Assembly (NCBI GenBank): GCA_032718475.1
Contig: JAUCBJ010003498.1
Span: 1 to 50,779, forward strand
DNA length: 50,779 nucleotides
Source: Nemertoderma westbladi
Taxonomy: Eukaryota; Animalia; Xenacoelomorpha
Direction: 5' to 3'
The notes under the pieces are model-generated. The model searched no databases, was not told the origin of the DNA, and saw nothing but the letters and a program-made list of their open reading frames with translations. A program made the translations under genes and the position numbers. The first letter of the stretch is position 1, and each line of letters starts with the position of its first letter. This document shows positions 1 to 12,420 of this stretch, piece by piece.

Positions 1-5
1 CAGGA

Positions 6-77
6 GCCTCCGTGGTGTAATGGTTAGCATACCTGAACGTTTATCGGGAAACGCGGGTTCGATCCCCGCTGGTGGCG
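6..77 (+). ncRNA. tRNA-like sequence (SINE head or tRNA pseudogene)
   Basis: A box TGGTGTAATGG and B box GGTTCGATCCC; T stem GCGGG/CCCGC; anticodon stem CCTGA/TCGGG; T-run downstream. The anticodon loop (ACGTTTA) lacks U33 and the acceptor stem has a T-T mismatch. Confidence 0.55.
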
Positions 78-199
78 AATTTATTTTTTCCGCTCCATTT
101 GCTAGAGTTGGATCATCCTTAGTCCTGTTTAATTACTTAATAATTAATTTGAAATATTTCAACTGAATATTAATATAACTAGACGGGTGCATCAGTGGA

Positions 200-555
200 C
201 TGTTGGTGTTTGCAATTAGATGGAATTCATATAAATTAATTTAAAAATTTCAAACTTGTTTTTCTCGGTGGTGCCAAATTTTGGTGCAGCACCAAATTTT
301 TAAATATGTCAATTTTGTAAATTGATTGTTTGAACCTGTTTTTTCACGCAATAGGGGTTTTTTGGGTTTCTGGTTTCGATAGAATATTCAGTATACGAGT
401 TTCACCAGACGTATCAAACTTGTATTTTTCGGTGCAGTTTTGCAATTTTGGTGCCAGCACGAAATTTTGAAAATCCTTTCAATAGTTCAATTGCTTGTGA
501 CAACTTATTTCTCGCGTTTTAGAGGTTTATGGTTTATCTTAATGCAAGCCTTGTT
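200..555 (+). repeat. Dispersed repeat fragment homologous to the internal ~163-bp repeats of the piggyBac-like element at 34972..36528
   Basis: Near-colinear match to ~35250..35600 (gatggaattcatataaatt...ttcaaacttgttttt...ggtgc.gcaccaaatttt...gtcaattttgtaaattgattg). Confidence 0.75.
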
Positions 556-1583
556 TTTTTTCTCGGGAAAAAAAAGTTCCAGGGTAAAAATATTTGTTCT
601 AGAACATTATTTTTTCAATAACAAATAGCTGACATTTTTCTTGAACATTTAAAGAATTATTATCTAAAATTAATTTGTGTTCATTTCGATCGTTCATTTG
701 ATTAAATTGCCGACTTGTTTTATTTTATTTGAACAAAATATTATATTTGTTCCAGTTACCATATAAAAACTAAAAAAAAAATATTTTAAAAATGCTGCAA
801 AATTTCAAAAAACGCTCACACATCGGGCTATGCTAAAGTGCCCCTTCAATATTACCGCTGTTTTATTGCTGACAACTGTTCTATTCCTATTAGCTATAAA
901 AATAACATAATTTTATAAGTATTTAAATTTGTCATTAATAGAAATTGTTTCCAACTTTATAACATAATTTATTACCAGGTTATTTAGTTATTTTATGAGT
1001 TATTTACCCGAGGGACATGTTATAGACCCGAGGCGAAGCCGAGGGTTTATAACTGGCCCGAGAGCAGATGTAGGTGAGAAATGGAGCCGATTGCACCGTA
1101 ACATTTTTTTATTTTGGTTTTTATATGGTTGGTGAAGCACAGCGCTGTTTGTAGGGTGACACGAGGTATTCATACTTATTTGACATTGTAACGGGTTTGT
1201 AGTCGTAAAGTATGTGAAAGAGTCATTTTGAGTGAGACGGCCGGCTTTTCTAATCTTAACTATTTTTGTTTCTACCATATTTACTTCCATTCCGTTTCAA
1301 ATGTTGTAACTTATTAAGGTATAAATGTTCTATTTCATGGCAGTGATTACAAGAAGGTGTATTCTGAAAATTTTCCAAATTTTTTTACAATAATATAATG
1401 GATAGCTATTACTTTACTAAATCAGTAACAGTATTAGTTTGTTAAGACTCCGCCAACTTCGTGGCTCCCGTGACGACATTAATTAATCAAACGATATTAG
1501 ATACTACTGATTAATGTAGTAAGGAATGTTGATTGGCTATTCGAATAGCTATTCTGATAGGCTGTGCCAGATGGTGTCATAGT

Positions 1584-3278
1584 AATTTATTTAATAATTA
1601 TTTTACTAATGTTGCCTCTAATTTAGTTAAGAAATTACCGTTATCAAGTAATAAATATAGTATAGGGTCCGAAACTCTAAATAATTTTTATTTAGAAAAG
1701 TTACAAAATTCAGAAAAGTTATTTTTAAAACCCGTTTCTGAGGATTTCGTTTTTAAAAATCTACTTAGCCTATCAGCCTCAAAAAGTACCGGTCTAGATC
1801 TAATACCTGCCCGTTTTCTTAAGGATGGTGCTGAAGTACTTAAAGTGCCTATTACTTTTATTATTAATTACTCTATCGTAGATAATGTAGTACCAGACGA
1901 ACTGAAATTAGCTAAGGTTGTTCCTCTGTATAAAAAGAATAGTAAAGTAGAACCCTGTAATTACAGACCTGTTAGTATCTTAAGTATTGTATCTAAAATT
2001 CTAGTACGTTCTGTTTTTCTACAGCTGGAAGCACATCTTAGTAGGCTAAATCTGATCTATGAACTTCAGTCCGGTTTTCGTAAATCATATTCTACAGACA
2101 CCTGCCTTATTAACTTAACTGATACAATTAGATGTAATAACGCAAAGGGTTTATATACTGGTATGGTAATGTTGGACCTACAAAAGGCTTTCGATACTGT
2201 AGATCACGAAATTCTGCTTGGTAAGTTAGGCCTGATGGGTGTAGGTTCTATAGACTGGTTCAAGTCCTACCTGTCAGACAGAGGTCAAACTGTAGTCATT
2301 AACAAATCGCAGTCTACTGTACAAGAGATTACCTGTGGTGTACCGCAAGGTAGTATATTAGGTCCTCTGCTTTTTGTATGCTATGTAAATGATATGATAA
2401 GTAGTATAGATCCCGATTTTAAACTCATTTTATATGCCGACGACAGTGCTCTTATTTTCTCTCATAAAGATCCTATCCATATTTCCCAAAAGTTAAGTGC
2501 AGTTCTAGAATCCTGTAATGAGTGGTTGGTTGATAATAAGCTATCCATTCACTACGGTAAAACTGAAAGTATTTTGTTTGGTTCCATAAGAAAGTTAAAG
2601 AAGGTAACTAAGTTTGAAGTCACTAGTAATGGACATAAGATTGAAAATAAAAAGGAAGTTAAATATTTAGGCGCCACATTGGATAACTGCTTATCAGGAG
2701 AAAGTACAGTGAAAAATATTTTCTCGAAAGTTAACAGTAGGCTTAGGTTTCTATACAGAAATAAAAATAGTTTAAACACCGACTCCCGCAAGTTACTTTG
2801 CTCTTCTTTAATACAGTGTCACATGGACTATGCGTGCTCTTCTTGGTATGAAGGCTTAACCAAACAGCTTAAATGTAAATTACAAGTAGCTCAGAATAAA
2901 GTAGTACGATTTATTAACTCCAGATGACTTTTCTGAATCTGGACTACTTAACTTAGATAGTAGAGTTAAGCAGCTATACGCCTTAACCATGTGCATAAAG
3001 TGTATAATGGTAAATGTCCCAATTACCTAAAACAAAAATTCAACAGAGTACGCGATACACACTCTTACAGTACCAGAGCTAGTGCTTCAAACTTCTACCT
3101 CCCGAATTGTAAATCCTTTGAATCTGATACTTTCTTTTTTAACGGCATAAAAAATTGGAACGCTCTGCCTAATGAAATTAAAAACCTAAATAATCAACAT
3201 TCTTTTAAATCTGCAGTTAAATCTCATCTCCGTGTGCAATGTAAAAATAGGTACAATAGTCCTACAGTAAGTTATTAG
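1584..3278 (+). pseudogene. LINE ORF2 reverse transcriptase remnant, broken at ~2927
   Basis: ORFs 1533..2927 and 2991..3278 are consecutive parts of one ORF2, separated by a stop and a deletion. Homology begins at about NLFNNYF. Confidence 0.85.
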
Positions 3279-3608
3279 CTTATTAATTATTTACTATTTA
3301 TGCTGTAAATACGTTTTATAATAAATTGTTCTGTACATTATATCTTTATCGTTGAGTCGGGCATTGTCACGCTCTCGGTAAAGTTGTACATGTACATAGT
3401 GTAATTACGTTTTATATTGGTTTTAGGTTAGCGTAGTGTAATATTGTATTTGTAACCAAGTAACATAGAGGACCCCCTTGGAAATAAGCTGCAAAGCTTT
3501 AGGGGTAATCCTATATGTTATGTTGGACAATACCTTTATACCGGTACATTGTTTGGTGTATTTGTTATTGTTTTTACATAATGTATAAATAAATCTATCT
3601 ATCTATAT
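1584..3608 (+). mobile_element. 5'-truncated non-LTR retrotransposon, CR1/L2 group (Crack-like)
   Basis: RT motifs [39 protein letters not shown] and a C-terminal HSYSTR...WNALP domain; 3' UTR stem-loop (gaggacccc...ggaaataag...ggggtaatcct); AATAAA followed by a (TCTA)n tail. No endonuclease domain. Confidence 0.88.
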
Positions 3609-4425
3609 AATTCTTGGCCAGGGGAAAGGGCGAGGGGGGGGGGGGGTGGTGGGTTAACATGTGTTAACCACTCCTATCATATTGGTTGCTAGGTTACCAG
3701 GCACTGTTCGCCAACTTTGCTATACAAGGTCCAATATTATTATGATTGCTTAGGCTGAGCTATTGGCAAGAAATATTTACCGTATTTAATATTACAATTA
3801 TCTGCCTATTGGTTTACAAACACGAATCTCTCATGTAGAATTCTGACGGATATATATTAATTTAATCACCATTTATAAAATATTACTGTGATAATATAAA
3901 TGTTATACCGATATACAAAAAGTTATCCTTATTTAGTGTTTCATAGCTCTTATTTATATATTTTAACTTGTACCTATAATAATTTTATTGTTTTGGTTAG
4001 ACATTGTCTGGGTTTAGAATCAGCCTTTCTGTAACCTGAGTTTTATCTGAAAACCTGACATATTTCACATGGCGGTAAACTGCAAAGTGAAATACAACAG
4101 CAGAAAGTCTAGTAAACATGGACCTTGATTTGTACAGATAGTGGTGTAAATTGACGGGAAGTGAAATAAAGTCGCGTTTATTGTTTTGGTTAGGAAACAG
4201 CTCCCCTTAATGTTTTAAAATAATATAAATAATTTTAAAAATAGTTTTTAAATAAAATTAAACTAATTTTTCAAACCCACTAAATACATAGTTGTTGTTT
4301 TTGGTCGTTTTGCGCCACTGACTCGATTTTTTACAGCTCAAACTATATTATAATCATTAATAAAGGTTTATATTATTTTGTATATTATTTTACGAAATTA
4401 TATAAACTAAACTAAATTTTTTAAA

Positions 4426-4829
4426 CGGGGGTGAGACCTGGACACTGACTAAATCACTTGAACAACGATTTCATGGTTGCTACACAAGACTACTGGGGGC
4501 AGCCCTAAACATCACCTGTAGACAACACATACAAACGCCGTGCTTTATGGTACAAAACCACCTGTATCAACCACCCTCCGTGAACGCAGATTAAGATTCA
4601 GTGGGCACCGCTGGCGAAGTAAAGACGAGGTCATACCAGATCTACTTTTCTGGCGACCAACTCATGGAAAGCGTAGTCGTGTCCGACCGGCCATAACATA
4701 TATAGATCAGCTTGAAAGGGATACTGAACTTGGGAGAAACGAAATTGCGACAAACTACGGAGAATCGGGAAGCCTGGAAGGATCTCATTTCCACTGTCCG
4801 AGTTCGCTCGACCTAGTAGTAGTAATAGT
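4426..4829 (+). mobile_element. 3' end fragment of an RTE-type LINE
   Basis: Translates (with a frameshift) to GETWTLTKSLEQRFHGCYTRLL...LYG..PPVSTTLRERRLRFSGH...LLFWRPTHGKRSR.RP, then a (TAG)n tail. Confidence 0.8.
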
Positions 4830-5013
4830 ATATAAACTAAGTTATTGTTTAAAAAAACCTAGTTATATTAATTGCGTAGATATATAAAATTAAATATTGT
4901 AAACACTTTGACAACTTGTTGGTCAGTTTATTGACAAAAGTAGCTTGATAAATTACGTGCGTACAGCATAAATCTATTAATAACAACATAAACTACAAAG
5001 CTTATTTTATGTT

Positions 5014-7225
5014 ATGGCGGAATCAAACTCATACAAAATTACAGGAGATGGTAAACAATTATGTCTGATAATAAATATTACAGATTATCGCGGTACTAAA
5101 TACTCTGACAGAGGAGAAGGGTCATCACATGATGTAAAAATCATTAAGGAAATATTTGGAGGCAAGTTGGGTTGTGAGATAGTGGAATATATAGATGAGA
5201 AAGGTGAAGTGAAGAAGAACATAACAGATGATGAGTTGATACAATTCCTAACTGAATTTAGTAATCAGAAACAATTAAATGACATTAAGTGTCTTTTTGT
5301 ATTCCTTATGAGTCATGGAATTGAGGGTGAGCTTGTTTGTTCCAACGAAGTAACAGTACCTATAAAAAAAATTGTGGAACTATTCTCAACGGAATGTTTG
5401 GCACTAAGTGGTCCGGTTCCAAAACCTCGGATATTCTTCGTAGAAGCTTGTCAATCAAACCCTTATCCAGACTTCGATTTAAATTTCTCTGATCGTATAT
5501 TTGAACATACAGCTGTAGCAATCGGTTGCAGTCCAGGTGAGACGTTACCAATGTACAAAGACCAGGGGTCGACTTTCATACATTATGTTTGTAAAGTAGT
5601 TAACAATATCCTAAATAAAAAAACAGCTGGGGATGATGTTAAAGTGGATTTATTACCAGTGTTGAGGAATTATAACATTGTGCATCGAGGTACAGATGAA
5701 AATTCTATTATATCACATCCACAAATATATGACTATTTAGCAAAATCAGTACACCTTTTAGAATTTGTTCCACAAATTCCACCTGATTTTCCGCGCTGGT
5801 TAATTCCAAAGGTTCCCAATTATCACATTCCCCGCCCCGACATGGTAGAAAAGGTTAGAAAGGGTCTGAATGAGCTGAAAGGTCAACCAGGTTGGGTAGT
5901 TATATCGGGAATGGCTGCCATAGGGAAAACAACTTTGGCAATCGATTCAGTAAACGATGAAGTTATTATAAAATCGTTTCCCGATGGTATAATTTGGCAG
6001 AATATTGGACCTTTGGGAGTCAGTCCTGGTGGTGAAAATAGTCTCCTGCAGAAAATGAAAGAAATCTGTTTAATGTTAGATGAATCAAGTTCTCAATTAG
6101 TCGGCCAGTTGTTTAGTATTAAGAGCTGCAAAAATGCATTGAATAAAATAATTCACAAGTTTCCCTCAAAACGTATATTGATAGTTTTAGATGATGTTTG
6201 GGATGAATTTGTAACAGAAGCTTTCGATATAAATTGCCTAATTATGCTGACAACACGTGATAAGATGTGTATTTATTCTGATTGCTCTACCAATGTATGT
6301 GAAATTGAAGTTAAGGTTGGATTAAGTGAACTTCAATGTTCTGAGTTACTTGCAAAATGGCTTGGAGATGGAGAAATTTTAAAGATGACGGAAGTTAAAC
6401 ATTTAATTTCTAAATGCCATGGCTCACCTTTGGCAGTAAACATAGTAGGGGCCATAAAGAAATACAATCCTCAAGTAACATGGAGCAATATTGAAGATCG
6501 TCTATGTCAAATAGATGGGAGAAAAATGTCAAAGTTGAAATATAAAGATTCAATCAATTCAACAATCGAACTCAGTATTGAGTATCTATCAGAGGCAGAT
6601 AGAGACCGTTATATTAATCTTGCTCTTTTTTCACAAGTTGGCTGTCAACAATTTCAAAAAGAAATTGTTGCATTCTTCTGGGATTTAGATATTTTCGATA
6701 CAATATTTACATTGAATAATCTGGTAAATAAATCTCTTCTATCCTATAATTCAGGTTTTGAACTTTGGTCTTTACATCCATTGTTGAATGAATTTATTAA
6801 CGAGAAGCAAGAAGATGCATTTAAATATCATCGGCTAATAGTTTATAAGTTCAATGAATTGAAATTAGCGGAGGAGGGACAGAAACTTTCCAACTATAAG
6901 TATGAATTCCTTGCTAATCATATGGCGAAAGCAACTCTCTGGGAAGAAAGACACCAACTACTAACTAACATTCTTTGGATTAAATCAAAGATTAAGTTCA
7001 GTGGACCTGCGAATCTTATTGCTGATTACGAATTGGCTGACCAGAAACTTTCGGAAGACCAAAAAGCAGAACAGGAAATATTCCGATCGACAATCCGTCG
7101 ACTATGTGCGAACCTCACTGGGACAGAAAGGTGCGACATAATTCAAGTCGGATTGATGGCTCCAAAAACATCGGGATTTTACAAAAAGTCACGGGAATTC
7201 GCAGTTCAAGAGTTATGCAATGATG
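5014..7225 (+). CDS. APAF1-like: Exon 1 of caspase-NB-ARC-WD40 fusion gene: caspase (peptidase C14) domain aa ~5-250, then Apaf-1-type NB-ARC and helical domains
   Basis: Caspase: CLIIN, R33, MSHG (H101), KPRIFFVEAC (C146), PG....GSTFI, PQ. NB-ARC: GWVVISGMAAIGKT (Walker A), LIVLDDVWD (Walker B), LTTRD, CHGSPLAV, LVNKSLL, LHP, LWIKSKIKFSGPANLI, DIIQVGL, all colinear with Apaf-1 as I recall it. Donor G|GTAAGT at 7225/7226. Confidence 0.92.
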
Positions 7226-7686
7226 GTAAGTGTGTAAACTAAATATGTAACACACTGTATAACCTACATAAAAATGTATAGAAGTAAGTGAGAGACATTG
7301 AGCTGAATTATAAAATTCGCACAATCTATCCCAGTAACATACTATGGAATAATACGTAGTTAATGGATAAGGTGTAAGTTACCCATTACATGAGTGAGTT
7401 TCCACTCAACAGTCTTTCTAATAGTTATTTAATTAGTTTTAATGACGAAATGCATATCATTTAACAATAATTAAATAATTAACAATATACAACAAGCGCG
7501 CCGACCGTCCAATAGTTGCATAAACTTATATAACAGATAAACACAAATACATAATAATACCCAACATTATTGATTAATGTAGATGGTATAATATTAATTA
7601 ATGTAGCACAGAATATACTGTACATAAGTTTGTAAAATCTAAGTTTACGTAATTTCTGAGCGACTCAGGGCAATGTTACAGGGGAT

Positions 7687-10600
7687 TGTTAACTGAATCT
7701 GGAGATTGTGCGACATGAGACGTAGTCTGTTAACTCAATCCGGAGATTGTGCGACATGATACGGAGTCTGTTAACTCAATCCGGAGATTGTGCGACATGA
7801 TACGGAGTCTGTTAACTCAATCCGGAGATTGTGCGACATGATAAGGAGTCTGTTAACTCAATCTGGAGATTGTGCGACATGAGACGGAGTCTGTTAACTC
7901 AATCCAGAGATTGTGCGACATGAGACGGAGTCTGTTAACTCAATCCGGAGATTGTGCGACATGAGTCGTCGTCTGTTAACTCAATTCGGAGATTGTGCGA
8001 CATGAGACGTAGTCTGTTAACTCAATCCGGAGATTGTGCGACATGAGACGTAGTCTGTTAACTCAATCCGGAGATTGTGCGACATGAGACGTAGTCTGTT
8101 AACTCAATCCGGAGATTGTGCGACATGATACGGAGTCTTTTAACTCAATCCGGAGATTGTGCGACATGATACGTAGTCTGTTAACTCAATCCGGAGATTG
8201 TGCAGCATGATACGGAGTCTGTTAACACATTCCAGAGATTGTGCGACATGAGAAGGAGTCTGTTAACTCAATCCGGAGATTGTGCGACATGATACGGAGT
8301 CTTTTAACACAATCCAGAGATTGTGCGACATGAGAAGGAGTCTGTTAACTCAATCCGGAGATTGTGCAGCATGATACGGAGTCTGTTTACTCAATCCGGA
8401 GATTGTGCGACATGATACGGAGTCTGTTAACTCAATCCGGAGATTGTGCGACATCAGGCGTAGTCTGTTAACTCAATTCGGAGATTGTGCAGCATGATAC
8501 GGAGTCTGTTAACTCAATCCGGAGATTGTGCGACATGAGAAGGAGTCTGTTAACTCAATCCGGAGATTGTGCGACATGTGACGTAGTCTGTCAACTCAAT
8601 CCGGAGATTGTGCGACATGAGACGTAGTCTGTTAACTCAATCCGGAGATTGTGCGGCATGAGACGGAGTCTGTTAACTCAATCCAGAGATTGTGCGACAT
8701 GAGAAGGAGTCTGTTAACTCAATCCAGAGAATGTGCGACATGAGACGGAGTCTGTTAACTCATTCCAGAGTTTGTGCGACATGAGACGGAGACTGTTAAC
8801 TCAATCCAGAGATTGTGCGACATGAGAAGGAGTCTGTTAACTCAATCAAGAGATTGTTCGACATGAGACGGAGTCTGTTAACTCAATCCAGAGATTGTGC
8901 GACATGAAACGGAGTCTGTTAATTCAATCCAGAGATTGTGCGACATGATACGGAGTCTGTTAACTCAATACGGAGATTGTGCGACATGAGACGGAGTCTG
9001 TTAAATCAATCCAGAGATTGTGCGACATGAGACGGAGTCTGTTAAATCAATCCAGAGATTGTGCGACATGAGACGGACTCCGTTAACTCAATCCGGAGAT
9101 TGTGCGACATGAGACGGAGTCTGTTAACTCAATACGGAGATTGTGCGACATGAGACGGAGTATGTTAACTCAATCCGGAGATTGTGCGACATGAGACGGA
9201 GTCTGTTAACTCAATCCAGAGATTGTGCGACTTGAGACGGAGTCTGTTAACTCAATCCAGAGATTGTGCGACATGAAACGGAGTCTGTTAACTCAATACG
9301 TATATATATTGTGCGACATGAGACGGAGTCTGTTAACTCAATGCGGAGATTGTGCGACATGAGACGGAGTCTGTTAACTCAATCCGGAGATTGTGCGACA
9401 TGAGACGGGGTCTGTTAACTCAATCCGGAGATTGTGCGACATGAGACGGAGTCTGTTAACTTAATCCGGAGATTGTGCGACTGTGCGACATGAGAAGGAG
9501 TCTGTTAACTCAATACGGAGATTGTGCGACATGAGATGTAGTCTGTTAACTCAATCCGGAGATTGTGCGACATGAGAAGGAGTCTGTTAACTCAATCAAG
9601 AGATTGTTCGACATGAGACGGAGTCTGTTAACTCAATCCAGAGATTGTGCGACATGAAACGGAGTCTGTTAATTCAATCCAGAGATTGTGCGACATGATA
9701 CGGAGTCTGTTAACTCAATACGGAGATTGTGCGCCATGAGACGGAGTCTGTTAAATCAATCCAGAGATTGTGCGACATGAGACGGACTCCGTTAACTCAA
9801 TCCGGAGATTGTGCGACATGAGACGGAGTCTGTTAACTCAATACGGAGATTGTGCGACATGAGACGGAGTATGTTAACTCAATCCGGAGATTGTGCGACA
9901 TGAGACGGAGTCTGTTAACTCAATCCAGAGATTGTGCGACTTGAGACGGAGACTGTTAACTCAATCCAGAGATTGTGCGACATGAGACGGAGTCTGTTAA
10001 ATCAATCCAGAGATTGTGCGACATGAGACGGAGTCTGTTAAATCAATCCAGAGATTGTGCGACATGAGACGGACTCCGTTAACTCAATCCGGAGATTGTG
10101 CGACATGAGACGGAGTCTGTTAACTCAATACGGAGATTGTGCGACATGAGACGGAGTATGTTAACTCAATCCGGAGATTGTGCGACATGAGACGGAGTCT
10201 GTTAACTCAATCCAGAGATTGTGCGACTTGAGACGGAGACTGTTAACTCAATCCAGAGATTGTGCGACATGAAACGGAGTCTGTTAACTCAATACGTATA
10301 TATATTGTGCGACATGAGACGGAGTCTGTTAACTCAATGCGGAGATTGTGCGACATGAGACGGAGTCTGTTAACTCAATCCGGAGATTGTGCGACATGAG
10401 ACGGGGTCTGTTAACTCAATCCGGAGATTGTGCGACATGAGACGGAGTCTGTTAACTCAATCCAGAGATTGTGCGACTTGAGACGGAGTCTGTTAACTCA
10501 ATCCAGAGATTGTGCGACATGAAACGGAGTCTGTTAACTCAATACGTATATTGTGCGACATGAGACGGAGTCTGTTAACTCAATGCGGAGATTGTGCGAC

Positions 10601-12412
10601 ATGAGACGGAGTCTGTTAACTCAATCGGGAGATTGTGCGACATGAGACGGGGTCTGTTAACTCAATCCGGAGATTGTGCGACATGAGACGGAGTCTGTTA
10701 ACTCAATCCGGAGATTGTGCGACATGAGACGGAGTCTGTTAACTCAATCCGGAGATTGTGCGACATGAGGCGGAGTCTGTTAACTCAATCCGGAGATTGT
10801 GCGACATGATACGGCGTCTGTTAACTCAAAACGGAGATTGTGCGACATGAGACGGAGTCTGTTAACTCAATCCGGAGATTGTGCGACATTAGACGGAGTC
10901 TGTTAACTCAATCCGGCGATTGTGCGACATGAGACGGAGTCTGTTAACTCAAACCGGAGATTGTGCGACATGAGACGGGGTCTGTTAACTCAATCCGGAG
11001 ATTGTGCGACATGAGACGGAGTCTGTTAACGCAATCCGGAGATTGTGCGACATGAGACGGAGTCTGTTAACTCAATTCGGAGGTTGTGCAAGATGAGACG
11101 GAGTCTGTTAACTACATCCGGAGATTGTGCGAGATGAGACGGAGTCTGTTAACTCAATCCGGAGATTGTGCGAGGTGAGACGGAGTCTGTTAACTCAATC
11201 CGGAGATTGTGCGACATGAAACGGAGACTGTTAACTCAATCCGGAGATTGTTCGACATGAGACGGAGACTGTTAACTCAATCCGGAGATTGTGCGACATG
11301 AGACGGAGTCTGTTAACTACATCCGGAGATTGTGCGAGATGAGACGGAGTCTGTTAACTCAATCCGGAGATTGTGCGAGGTGAGACGGAGTCTGTTAACT
11401 CAATCCGGAGATCGTGCGACATGAGACGGAGTCTGTTAACTCAATCCGGAGATTGTGCGACATGAGACGGAGTCTGTTAACTCAATCCAGAGATTGTGCG
11501 ACTTGAGACGGAGTCTGTTAACTCAATCCAGAGATTGTGCGACATGAGACGGAGTCTGTTAACTCAATACGGAGATTGTGCGACATGAGACGGAGTATGT
11601 TAACTCAATCCGGAGATTGTGCGACATGAGACGGAGTCTGTTAACTCAATCCAGAGATTGTGCGACTTGAGACGGAGACTGTTAACTCAATCCAGAGATT
11701 GTGCGACATGAAACGGAGTCTGTTAACTCAATACGTATATATATTGTGCGACATGAGACGGAGTCTGTTAACTCAATGCGGAGATTGTGCGACATGAGAC
11801 GGAGTCTGTTAACTCAATCCGGAGATTGTGCGACATGAGACGGGGTCTGTTAACTCAATCCGGAGATTGTGCGACATGAGACGGAGTCTGTTAACTCAAT
11901 CCAGAGATTGTGCGACTTGAGACGGAGTCTGTTAACTCAATCCAGAGATTGTGCGACATGATCCGGAGTCTGTTAACTCAATCCGGAGATTGTGCGACAT
12001 GAGACGGAGTCTGTTAACTCAATCCGGAGATTGTGCGACATGAGACGGAGTCTGTTAACTCAATCCGGAGATTGTGCGACATGAGACGGAAACTGTTAAC
12101 TCAATCCGGAGATTGTGCGACATGAGACGGAGTTTGTTAACTCAATACAGAGATTGTGCGACATGAGACGGAGTCTGTTAACTCAATCCAGGAGATTGTG
12201 CGACATGAATCGGAGTCTGTTAACTCAATCCGGAGATTGTGCGACATGAGATGCAGTCTGTTACCTCAATCCGGAGATTGTGCGACATGATCCGGAGTCT
12301 GTTAACTCAATCCGGAGATTGTGCGACATGAGACGGAGACTGTTAACTCAATCCGGAGATTGTGCGACATGAGACGGAGACTGTTAACTCAATCCGGAGA
12401 TTGTGCGACATG
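7687..12412. repeat. 41-bp tandem satellite, about 115 units, consensus GAGATTGTGCGACATGAGACGGAGTCTGTTAACTCAATCCG
   Basis: Directly visible; period 41 (7702 to 7743); units differ only by point variants and rare small indels. Confidence 0.98.
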
Positions 12413-12420
12413 TATGTTAG

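Noticed and set aside
6-77. Functional tRNA-Asn(GTT)
   Set aside because: Non-canonical anticodon loop and an acceptor-stem mismatch; many similar SINE-like heads occur in the window. tRNAscan-SE would decide.
1533-1583. N-terminus of the 464-aa ORF as a real start
   Set aside because: Non-ATG start in flanking DNA upstream of the 5' truncation point of the LINE.
4881-4928. TATA plus initiator promoter for the fusion gene
   Set aside because: TATA-to-TCAGTT spacing is ~42 nt, longer than the usual ~30, and such motifs are common in AT-rich DNA.
5014-7242. Bacterial caspase-STAND gene, contamination or recent HGT
   Set aside because: It has a spliceosomal intron, metazoan TEs all around, animal-type caspase motifs and an NB-ARC colinear with Apaf-1.
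7687-12412. CRISPR array
   Set aside because: Units are contiguous 41-mers with no unique spacers, there are no cas genes, and the context is a eukaryotic intron.
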